Both the position numbers and the translations under genes were made by a program. This document shows positions 35,646 through 43,510 of a DNA stretch of 64,000 nucleotides, piece by piece. Position 1 is the first letter of the stretch. Each line of letters opens with the position of its first letter. The notes under the pieces were generated by a model, which did not search any database, was not told the DNA's origin, and saw nothing but the letters and a program-made list of their open reading frames with translations. The stretch comes from an uncultured bacterium (GTDB lineage Bacteria > Verrucomicrobiota > Kiritimatiellia > CAIVKH01), in NCBI GenBank assembly GCA_937958885.1, contig CALGMT010000001.1, forward strand, positions 21,735-85,734. The letters run 5' to 3'.

Positions 35646-36406
35646 GTCGGCAAGTCCTCCTCCCACTCTCCGCGCCGCGTAATATACTGCGCTTCGAGGA
35701 AACCGCGCACCACTTCGTTTTTCGACTTCACAAAATCCTCCGGCGTCGCCACCTCGACGGCCTTGCCGTTGTGCAACATCGCGATGCGAGTCCCGATCGC
35801 GAGCGCGCTGTGCAGGTCGTGCGTGACGACCACGCTGGTCACCCCGAGCTTCTTTCGCAGACTGTCGATCAGCTCATCGATCGTGCGCGAGGTGACGGGA
35901 TCGAGGCCGGAGGTGGGTTCGTCATACAGGATGATTTCCGGCTGCGTGATGATCGCCCGCGCGAGCGCGACGCGCTTTCGCATTCCGCCGGACAAATCCG
36001 CAGGATATTTGTCGTACGCGTCCTCGAGATCCACCATGCGGAGTTTTTCGCGCACGAGCGCCTCGATTTCCGCGTCGCTCATCCGCGTATGCTCGCGCAA
36101 CGGCAGCGCGACGTTCTCGCCGGCGGAGAGCCACGCCAGCAGCGCGCCGCCCTGGAAGAGCACCCCGAAACGGGATCGGATTCTTTCCAGCTCCTTGCCG
36201 CGCGCCTCGCTCACGCAATCGTCGCCCACAAAGACGCGCCCGCTGTCCGGGGTCAACAGCCGGACCATGTGCTTGAGCGTGACGCTTTTTCCCATGCCGG
36301 ACGGCCCGCAAATCACAAAGGTCTCGCCCGCGCGAATGTCGAGGTCGAACCCGTCCAGCACGTTGCGGCTTCCAAGCCGCTTGGTCACTTGTTCGAATCG
36401 AATCAT
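35642..36406 (-). CDS. mlaF: ABC transporter ATP-binding protein, MlaF-like
   Basis: Trimmed to ATG 36406 (MIRFEQVTKRLGSRNVLDGFDLDIRAGETFVICGPSGMGKS = Walker A). LSGGMRKRVALARA signature. ILYDEPTSGLD Walker B. ATGA overlap with the mlaE stop. Confidence 0.9.
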   Translation of the reverse strand: MIRFEQVTKRLGSRNVLDGFDLDIRAGETFVICGPSGMGKSVTLKHMVRLLTPDSGRVFVGDDCVSEARGKELERIRSRFGVLFQGGALLAWLSAGENVALPLREHTRMSDAEIEALVREKLRMVDLEDAYDKYPADLSGGMRKRVALARAIITQPEIILYDEPTSGLDPVTSRTIDELIDSLRKKLGVTSVVVTHDLHSALAIGTRIAMLHNGKAVEVATPEDFVKSKNEVVRGFLEAQYITRRGEWEEDLPT

Positions 36407-37146
36407 CAGCGATAGAAAAGTCGGGTGAGCATGTAGCCTAATACGAGGATCACGAGGAACGAAATGATGACCGTGCGGCGCGTCGCCTGCCCCACGCCCA
36501 CCGCGCCCTCGCTCGTCGAGAAGCCCTGATGGCACGCCGTCGTCGCGATCACAACGCCGAACACGAAAGCCTTGAGCAAGCCAACGTAGAGATCCTTGTT
36601 CTGCGCATAGAGCTGCGCGTTGTCGAAATAGGCTTGGAATGAAACCTGCAACTGCGTTGCGCCGATCACCGCCCCCCCCACAATGCCCAGGACGTTCGTG
36701 TACACCGTGAGCATCGGCATCATGATCGCCAACGCAAGCAGGCGCGGCAGGACGAGAAAACGCACCGGATTGATCGACATGATCTCCAGCGCGGAAACTT
36801 CTTCCGACACCACCATCGTGCCGATCTGCGCCGCGATCGCGGATCCCACGCTCGCCGCAATAATCAGCGCCGTCATGAAAGGCCCCATCTCGCGCAACAT
36901 CACCACCGTCACCGCGGTACCGATGTTCTGCTGCAGACCGAATCGGCGCAGCTCCAGACCGGTTTGCAGCGCCAGGATCATCCCGGTGAATGCCGCGACC
37001 ACGGTGATGACGCCCAGCGACTTAATGCCCGTCAGGTAAAGTTGGTAAAACAACTCATGCCGGCTTCGCTTGTCCAGCGCCCAAGGGATAAACAGCACCG
37101 CCTCTGCCAGCATCAACATGGCTTGCCCCACGCCGCGCAGATTCAT
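36406..37146 (-). CDS. mlaE: ABC transporter permease, MlaE-like
   Basis: 246 aa. YQLYLTGIKSLGVITVVAAFTGMILALQ...REMGPFMTALIIAASVGSAIAAQIGTM matches the MlaE/YrbE permease pattern. Confidence 0.9.
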   Translation of the reverse strand: MNLRGVGQAMLMLAEAVLFIPWALDKRSRHELFYQLYLTGIKSLGVITVVAAFTGMILALQTGLELRRFGLQQNIGTAVTVVMLREMGPFMTALIIAASVGSAIAAQIGTMVVSEEVSALEIMSINPVRFLVLPRLLALAIMMPMLTVYTNVLGIVGGAVIGATQLQVSFQAYFDNAQLYAQNKDLYVGLLKAFVFGVVIATTACHQGFSTSEGAVGVGQATRRTVIISFLVILVLGYMLTRLFYR

Positions 37147-37214
37147 CAACGCCTTCCGTCCTAGCGCCGCGAAAGGATTGATGGGCGGATCGAAAAATTC
37201 TGGCTCGCGCGTGA

Positions 37215-38639
37215 TTATGGCCCGGCCTCCGGTTCAGTTTCGTCGCCGAAAGTAAAAAAGAATAGCACACGCCAGGTCACATTGGAATCCGCGCGATCGC
37301 GCCCGATGAGTCCCTTGAATATGGACCACGAGGCGTGGTCCGGCTCGCGACGCCAGTCCCACAAGGGAAAAAGCGACCATCGCCGGGCGGTATCGCCGCG
37401 CTTTTGGTCGCGGTGCAGCCCCCACAGCAATTCGCGATCCACCGCGTCTTCGCGGCGCACAGTCGAATAGACGGTCCAGAACGGGGCCCAGTTCCGCTCG
37501 ATCGCGCCGTGATCCGCGAGCGGCCATAGTTCCAGCGTCCTGAACTTCGCCTCCGCCCCCTCGCGGCGGTAGGAAAACAGGGGCCATACCTTTAGATACC
37601 GTTTGCTCGGCGGGGTCTCCTCCGCGCCCTGCGTCATGTGCAGGTAGAACGGGATCGCCATAAAGGTATGGCGGGTCTCCGCGCCGCGCAGCGTCGTTTC
37701 GTCCCAAAAGATCGGCCACAGGAAGAACGATCGTTCATGGTTGCCGACCCGTTTGTGGCCCCAAAGCGGCCATAGGTAAAATTTGTCCACCGGGCCGGTC
37801 TCGCGCTGGATGAACGGCCACGGCGCATAGAGACGCGAGGCCTTGTCGCCTTTCGTGTAGCGAAGGAACGGCGGGATTACCCACCACGTTTCCTGATTCT
37901 CGAGCTTCATGTGACCATAGATCGGGATCAGCAGGAACCCCGACCCGCGGCTGCCCTCATAGGCGTAAGTCGCGTCATTCCAAAACGGCCACAAGATGAA
38001 GCGTTTGTCGTACGCCCCCTCTCGGATCGAGCGCCCGTAAAAAGGAAACACCCGCCGGCGATAGGTCCCGTCACCGGTGGTCTTTGAGATAAACGGCCAC
38101 AGCCAGTTGCTGGTTTCGAGGTCGTTGAGTTTGCTGGTCGACCGAAGCGGAAATAGCACGAACGAGATTTCGTCACGCCCCAGAAAATCCTTTATCGTGC
38201 CGCCGAACGGAAACACCGCGCGATACTGCGCGCCCTCCGCATCGCGCCCTTGGAAATAAAATGGGAGCAGCCAGAATCTATACCGGCGCTCCGGACGCTC
38301 TTCGCCGTGTTTGAAGTTGAAAAACACCCCGTAGCGCGCCTGCTCCTCGTTTCGGATTTTGCGCCAGGTCGCCAGCGGCCACAGATAATCCTCGCGCGCG
38401 ACCTCGTTTCCCGGGTCCTCGACCTCGCTGTAAAACGGACGCACCGCAACCAGGCGCCAGCCCTGCGTCGATTGCGCCATCTCAAAAAAAGGACCGGCGG
38501 CTTTCCAGCGGGTATCGCCGTGCGCATCCTCATAGCGCGCGGCAAAGAACCCGGCGTCGAACGGCGTGGCGGGTTTCGCATCGGCCGCACGGGCGAGCGC
38601 GCAGACCGTTGCGGCGCTTAAGATCAGACGCCGATACAT
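37215..38639 (-). CDS. Secreted repeat protein (about 19 aromatic-Pro-aromatic repeats) of unknown function, first gene before mlaEFD
   Basis: Signal peptide MYRRLILSAATVCALARAADA. Recurrent [LVI][WFL]P[FLI] cores: LWPLATW, LLPFYFQ, VFPFGGT, LFPLRST, LWPFISK, VFPFYGR, LWPFWND, LIPIYGH, PWPFIQR, LWPLWGH, LWPIFWD, AIPFYLH, VWPLFSY, LWPLADH, LFPLWDW. Its ATG lies 16 nt inside the glmM 3' end. Confidence 0.6.
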   Translation of the reverse strand: MYRRLILSAATVCALARAADAKPATPFDAGFFAARYEDAHGDTRWKAAGPFFEMAQSTQGWRLVAVRPFYSEVEDPGNEVAREDYLWPLATWRKIRNEEQARYGVFFNFKHGEERPERRYRFWLLPFYFQGRDAEGAQYRAVFPFGGTIKDFLGRDEISFVLFPLRSTSKLNDLETSNWLWPFISKTTGDGTYRRRVFPFYGRSIREGAYDKRFILWPFWNDATYAYEGSRGSGFLLIPIYGHMKLENQETWWVIPPFLRYTKGDKASRLYAPWPFIQRETGPVDKFYLWPLWGHKRVGNHERSFFLWPIFWDETTLRGAETRHTFMAIPFYLHMTQGAEETPPSKRYLKVWPLFSYRREGAEAKFRTLELWPLADHGAIERNWAPFWTVYSTVRREDAVDRELLWGLHRDQKRGDTARRWSLFPLWDWRREPDHASWSIFKGLIGRDRADSNVTWRVLFFFTFGDETEPEAGP

Positions 38640-39979
38640 TGGCGGACGGCCTCAGCGATCGAACGCGTGAGCCGATCGGTAATCGCCACCGTCGGCCCCT
38701 CCACCATCACGCGGCACATCTTTTGCGTTCCGGAATACCGAACCAACACGCGCCCCTCGTCCTTCAATTCCGATTCCGCGCGCGCAATCGCTGCTTGAAC
38801 CGGCGCAAGCGTCGAGAGGTCCGGTTTCTCACGGACATCGACATTGATCATTTTTTGCGGCGTCACCTGCATGATCGCCGCAAGCTCCGACAACGGTTGC
38901 CCGCTCGCGCGCAAGACGGCGATCAGTTGCAGCGCGGAGATCAATCCGTCTCCGGTCGTGTGGTGCTCTAGAAAAATCATGTGGCCCGAGGTCTCGCCGC
39001 CAATCATCGCGTCTTTTTGCCTCATCATCTCCAGCACATAACGGTCGCCGACCTGCGCGACGCCCACCTCGATCCCGAGTTTACGCGCAGCCACAAAAAA
39101 ACCGAAATTGGCCATCACCGTCGAAATCATCAAATTGTTCGGCAGGCGGCCCGCGTCTTTGAGCGCTTTCGCGCAGATCAGCAGAATATGATCGCCGGTC
39201 AACTCGCGGCCTTGTTCGTCCACCGCGATCAGCCGGTCGCCGTCTCCGTCAAACGCCAAGCCGATATCCGCCCGGCTCTCGAGCACCTTCGCGCGTAGCG
39301 ACTCGGTGTACTGCGACCCGCAGTTCGCGTTGATGTTGAGGCCGTCCGGTTCGCAATGAATCGCGGTGACCTCCGCGCCCAGCTCGCGAAAGATAATCGG
39401 CGCGGCGCGATACGTCGCGCCGTTTCCGCAATCCAGCACGATTTTCATGCCCTCGATGCTGACGGACTCCGGGAACGCATTCTTGCAAAAGACAATATAA
39501 CGCCCCAGCGCATCGTCGATGCGCTTCACCTTGCCGATCTCATCGGCCATGGGCCGGATATCCTTGATGCGGCCGGAGCTGATGAGGTCCTCGATCGCCT
39601 CCTCCTCCGCATCCGGCAATTTGTAGCCGCTGCGCGAGAAAATCTTGATCCCGTTGTCCTGATACGGATTGTGCGACGCGGAAATCACCATCCCCGCATC
39701 CGCCCGCATGCTGCGCGTAATGAACGCGATGCCCGGCGTCGGCATCGGGCCGACGAGCAGCACATCGACGCCCATCGAGCAGATACCCGCCGTCAGCGCG
39801 CTCTCGATCATGTAGCCGCTGACGCGCGTGTCTTTGCCGATCACGATCGTATGACGTCGTTCCTTGTGCTGCTTGCAGACATACGCCGTCGCGCGGCCGA
39901 TCTCGAGCGCTGTTTCCGCCGTCATCGGCTCCTGATTCGCCACCCCGCGCACGCCATCTGTTCCGAACAAACGTCCCAT
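38624..39979 (-). CDS. glmM: Phosphoglucosamine mutase
   Basis: MGRLFGTDGVRGVANQEPMTAE. Active-site loop ISASHNPYQDNGIKIF. 451 aa. Confidence 0.95.
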   Translation of the reverse strand: MGRLFGTDGVRGVANQEPMTAETALEIGRATAYVCKQHKERRHTIVIGKDTRVSGYMIESALTAGICSMGVDVLLVGPMPTPGIAFITRSMRADAGMVISASHNPYQDNGIKIFSRSGYKLPDAEEEAIEDLISSGRIKDIRPMADEIGKVKRIDDALGRYIVFCKNAFPESVSIEGMKIVLDCGNGATYRAAPIIFRELGAEVTAIHCEPDGLNINANCGSQYTESLRAKVLESRADIGLAFDGDGDRLIAVDEQGRELTGDHILLICAKALKDAGRLPNNLMISTVMANFGFFVAARKLGIEVGVAQVGDRYVLEMMRQKDAMIGGETSGHMIFLEHHTTGDGLISALQLIAVLRASGQPLSELAAIMQVTPQKMINVDVREKPDLSTLAPVQAAIARAESELKDEGRVLVRYSGTQKMCRVMVEGPTVAITDRLTRSIAEAVRQCIGV

Positions 39980-39990
39980 GAGTCCGCTCC

Positions 39991-41193
39991 TTATTCCGCA
40001 CCGGCAGCAATCGTCTCATCCACGATGCGCTGCAACCACGCTGTACCCGCCGCCTTGGCGGACGCCGGAAGCGCAGGCATCACCGCAAGGTAGTCGAGGC
40101 CCTCCCGCGCTGCCGCGATATCGGGGAGAAAGGCATCGCGGGCGCGCGCATCATCATGCGGCTTTTGAAGACGCTCCTTCACCTGCGGCCACCGCCGCGC
40201 GATCGACGCCTGAATATCCGCCTCGGCCGGCGCATCGGTCCGCAGCATCGCTGCAGATTCCTTCAATTTGCCCGTCCATTCCTCCAGCCGCTTGAGCCGT
40301 TCCCGCTCGACGGCGTCGAGTTGACGCAACGCCCCTTCCCAGCAATGCCGATGGTACACACCCGTGAGGAACAACACGCGCACATGTTTATACCATGCCT
40401 TCAACGCGCGAATGTTGCCGATGTAGGCGAGGTTATTGCGCCAAATCCGCGCCGCCCCGCGATACGCGCCCACGCGATAGGGCCGATTCCCCCCCGGCAA
40501 CTCCGGCGCGCGCAGCAGCAGCCCATCGCCCGGCGCATCGCCGCGAAATACCGTGCCGGCCGGCGTCACGCAGCCGAACCCGATGCGCGCCGGTCCGACC
40601 AGGCCGCCCTGCCCGCCGAGAAACACCGGCGGCCGATCGAGAAACACGCCGTGCGGCACATCGCCGATCAGCGACGCGGTCGCCTTGTCTTGGTGCGGTG
40701 TGAAATTGAAATGGATGTAGGAAGAGCCGACTTCGCCGTGGTTCTTCCGGCTCGTCCCGCCTGCCATCAGCACGTCGCAGAAATTGATCAGGCTCCCCAG
40801 CGTCACAAACGGCAGCAGAATCGTCTGCTTCAACCCGACCGTATGCGCGCCGCTCGCCTCCTCCTCCAATAGCGTCCCCGGTCGCACATGCGCCCCGCTG
40901 CCGAGACTCGCTCCGTCGAGCAGAACTGCGCCGGACACATATCCCCCTTTCAGTTCCACATTCGCGCCAAGCTGCGAATCCTCCAGCGTCAACGGCGCTT
41001 CCGCGCCGAGCACACACCCCGGCCCGACACTCGTCATCGCGCCGCTCAACCGGCACCCGGGATGTATCGACGCATCGGGCGCAATGCGCTCCGGCACGAT
41101 GGAACTGTCCACATGCACCAGGGCGGGCTGCGGCATGCGCACGCCCCGTGCCAACAGCGCGCGGACATTCGGAGATAGAGATGCGTCAGCCAT
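39991..41193 (-). CDS. Left-handed beta-helix (hexapeptide-repeat) transferase-like protein with C-terminal helical domain
   Basis: Runs of hexapeptide-like repeats (IHPGCRLSGAMTSVGPGCVLGAEAPLTLEDSQLGANVELKGGYVSGAVLLDGASLGSGAHVRPGTLL...), then GEVGSSYIHFNFTPHQDKATASLIGDVPHGVF...GGQGGLVGPARIGFGCV. 400 aa. Directly upstream of glmM. Confidence 0.6.
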   Translation of the reverse strand: MADASLSPNVRALLARGVRMPQPALVHVDSSIVPERIAPDASIHPGCRLSGAMTSVGPGCVLGAEAPLTLEDSQLGANVELKGGYVSGAVLLDGASLGSGAHVRPGTLLEEEASGAHTVGLKQTILLPFVTLGSLINFCDVLMAGGTSRKNHGEVGSSYIHFNFTPHQDKATASLIGDVPHGVFLDRPPVFLGGQGGLVGPARIGFGCVTPAGTVFRGDAPGDGLLLRAPELPGGNRPYRVGAYRGAARIWRNNLAYIGNIRALKAWYKHVRVLFLTGVYHRHCWEGALRQLDAVERERLKRLEEWTGKLKESAAMLRTDAPAEADIQASIARRWPQVKERLQKPHDDARARDAFLPDIAAAREGLDYLAVMPALPASAKAAGTAWLQRIVDETIAAGAE

Positions 41194-41197
41194 GCGA

Positions 41198-41374
41198 TTA
41201 TTTCAACAGCAGCCCTATCGCCACACCAACCGCCGCGCAGGCGAGAATGAACACCGACTCCGACATCCGGATCGTCGTCACGATCAGGTGCACATTGATC
41301 GACCCGTGATTCAGCACGGCGATCAGGGCCACCAGCCCGATCAAGATCAATCCAATCAACTTCGATTTGCTCAT
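41198..41374 (-). CDS. Small two-helix membrane protein (58 aa; below the ORF-track cutoff)
   Basis: My own translation: MSKSKLIGLILIGLVALIAVLNHGSINVHLIVTTIRMSESVFILACAAVGVAIGLLLK, stop TAA 41200-41198. GAGG lies a few nt upstream of the ATG. Sits between the AI-2E transporter and the beta-helix gene. Confidence 0.4.
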   Translation of the reverse strand: MSKSKLIGLILIGLVALIAVLNHGSINVHLIVTTIRMSESVFILACAAVGVAIGLLLK

Positions 41375-41399
41375 AGTGCCTCAGCGCGGCGCGTGGAGA

Positions 41400-42524
41400 T
41401 CAAATCACCGCTCGGATGTACTTTGCCTTGAGCAAGCGCCACAAGACAACGAGAAAGGCGGTCAGCGGAATGCCGAGGATCATCCCCAGCAAACCGTTCA
41501 ACGCCGTCCCCCAGAAAAACAGCGCGAAAATTATCGCCATCGGATGCAGCCCCGTGCGCTGCCCCATGATGCGGGGCGTCAACACATAACTCTCGATCGT
41601 CTGCACCACGGCAAACACAACTACCACAGCGGCGAGCAGTCCGGGCCCTCCTCCCTGCTGAAAAAAGGCGAGCGGCAGCACGACGGCCAAGCCGATAATG
41701 TTTCCGAGGTACGGAATGATGTTCAGGAATCCAAAGAGCAACCCAAGCGCCACCCCATATTGAAGACCGGCCACCCCAAAACCGATCGCATACAGCGCCC
41801 CCTGCGCGAGCGCGATCACAATCTGCCCTCTAAAAAACGCGACCATGATGTTCACGAACTCGCGCACAAGGTAAATCACATCCTCGCGGGTCTCCTCCTT
41901 GAGAAACGGCATCAATTGCCGCACACCCGCCAGCGAAATCGGCTGCGCCGTCAGCATAAAAAACAAATATACCGGCAGCACCAGCCAACTCGCCAGGCCG
42001 CCCAGCACAGCGAAGACGCTCATCCCCGCTGACACCGCTCCGCGCGCCGCCGACATGGCCTGCGCCGCGAGCCAGCCGCTGCGCGAGCGCAACTCGCCCT
42101 TCACCGCGTCGCCCTGCTCCACCCAGAACGCCGCGAGCTGCGGCGTCCAGGCTTCGATACGGGCGGAAACATACTCGATCCATGTCGGAAGCTGGTCCAA
42201 CAAACTCCGCACCTGCCCCGCCACCATCGCCCCGAACGCCCACACCGCACCCGCCAGCGGAGTGGCCAAGGAAATAAACACAATCGTAACCGCGAGCCAC
42301 TTGCGCCGAACGCGTTTCAACAACCACACATAGTACGGCCGCAGCATCAACGCCAGTATGCCCGCCACCGCCACCGGCATCAGCACCGGCGAAAAGGTAG
42401 CGACGAACCGCGCGAGCAGGTGGAAAATGAAATACAGCAGCCCGCAAATCACCGCGACGCCGAGAATCGTCAGCGCCGCAGCAATCACCTTTCGTTGCCG
42501 CGGGCCCAGTTCAAGCGCTTGCAT
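41400..42524 (-). CDS. AI-2E family transporter (PerM/UPF0118)
   Basis: The track start 42560 is TTG. ATG 42524 gives MQALELGPRQRKVIAAAL. Eight hydrophobic segments and the family-typical LLFGFLNIIPYLGNIIGLAVVLPLAFFQ. Confidence 0.85.
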   Translation of the reverse strand: MQALELGPRQRKVIAAALTILGVAVICGLLYFIFHLLARFVATFSPVLMPVAVAGILALMLRPYYVWLLKRVRRKWLAVTIVFISLATPLAGAVWAFGAMVAGQVRSLLDQLPTWIEYVSARIEAWTPQLAAFWVEQGDAVKGELRSRSGWLAAQAMSAARGAVSAGMSVFAVLGGLASWLVLPVYLFFMLTAQPISLAGVRQLMPFLKEETREDVIYLVREFVNIMVAFFRGQIVIALAQGALYAIGFGVAGLQYGVALGLLFGFLNIIPYLGNIIGLAVVLPLAFFQQGGGPGLLAAVVVVFAVVQTIESYVLTPRIMGQRTGLHPMAIIFALFFWGTALNGLLGMILGIPLTAFLVVLWRLLKAKYIRAVI

Positions 42525-42589
42525 GCGACGGAGTGTAAGCGAGGCGCCCCCCGTGCTCAAATCCTATCGGCTCAGGCAAATGCCGGCGC

Positions 42590-43297
42590 TCAAAAACGAT
42601 CCTTCCTCGCCCGCCGCGCGGAAAACTCCTCCAGCGACCGCGCGCGTACGAATGGATTCGTCGCCCGTTCCATACCGATCGTGGAGGGCAGCACAGCTTC
42701 CCCCGCGAGATGCTTTTCGCGGATGTCATTAAGTCGCTGAATCATCGCCTCATTCCCCGGCTCCTCCGCGAGCGCGAACGCGAGATTGGACTCCAGATAA
42801 TCGTGCCCGCAATACACATGCGTCTCGTCCGGCAGCGCCATCAGTTTCCGCAACGACCCATACATCAGCCCCGGCGGCAATCCATTGAGGCGCCCGCATC
42901 CCGATGCAAAAAGACAATCCCCCGAAAACAACAGGCCTGGATCTGGCTTGGGCAAATAAAACGCCGTATGCGACCGCCGATGCCCCGGCGTATCCAGCGC
43001 CTGCACCTCAAGTCCCTGCCATTCGAACGATCGATCCGCGCCCGACGGCTCCTCGATGGCGATTCCATTGCCAGACAATTCCGGAACACCGCCTACGTGG
43101 TCCGGATCATGATGCGTGATCCAGATTCCGCTCAACCGCGCATGGCGGGCGCGCAACACGCGGCGCACCGGTTCCGCAACCGGCGGGTCAACTGCGATCG
43201 CCGCCCCCTCGCGGATCATCACATAGAAGACATTATCGCCCCACGGCAGTAGCGCGACATCGAGACCCGGATACGACTGCACCCAGATTTTTTCCAT
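42590..43297 (-). CDS. gloB: Hydroxyacylglutathione hydrolase (glyoxalase II), MBL fold
   Basis: MEKIWVQSYPGLDVALLPWGDNVFYVM...IWITHHDPDHVGG (HxHxDH)...ALDTPGHRRSHTAFY...VYCGHDY. An alternative ATG at 43318 would add 7 aa. Confidence 0.85.
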   Translation of the reverse strand: MEKIWVQSYPGLDVALLPWGDNVFYVMIREGAAIAVDPPVAEPVRRVLRARHARLSGIWITHHDPDHVGGVPELSGNGIAIEEPSGADRSFEWQGLEVQALDTPGHRRSHTAFYLPKPDPGLLFSGDCLFASGCGRLNGLPPGLMYGSLRKLMALPDETHVYCGHDYLESNLAFALAEEPGNEAMIQRLNDIREKHLAGEAVLPSTIGMERATNPFVRARSLEEFSARRARKDRF

Positions 43298-43381
43298 GCC
43301 CTGTAATTTACACAGCATGGAAGTCCAAAAAAAATATTTTACAGAGCATGGAACTCGACGGGCGCGAAAGCCGGAACGCTA

Positions 43382-43409
43382 TTGACCTGCCCGTCCCGCC
43401 CGCTATCGT
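43382..43409 (+). promoter_or_regulatory. Candidate sigma-70 type promoter for tRNA-Val
   Basis: TTGACC (43382-43387), 16-nt spacer, TATCGT (43404-43409), 11 nt before the tRNA 5' end. It has the same -10 hexamer as the candidate tig promoter. Pattern match only. Confidence 0.35.
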
Positions 43410-43420
43410 GCGGGTGCGAC

Positions 43421-43492
43421 GGGCGGTTAGCTCAGCGGTAGAGCATCTCGTTTACACCGAGGGGGCCGGGGGTTCGAATCCCTCACCGCCCA
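43421..43492 (+). tRNA. tRNA-Val (anticodon TAC)
   Basis: Hand-folded cloverleaf. Acceptor GGGCGGT/ACCGCCC. D arm GCTC-AGCGGTA-GAGC. Anticodon arm TCTCG-TTTACAC-CGAGG. Variable loop GGGCC. T arm GGGGG-TTCGAAT-CCCTC. Discriminator A. CCA is not encoded. Confidence 0.9.
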
Positions 43493-43510
43493 GGCGCGCT
43501 CTTTATCGCC

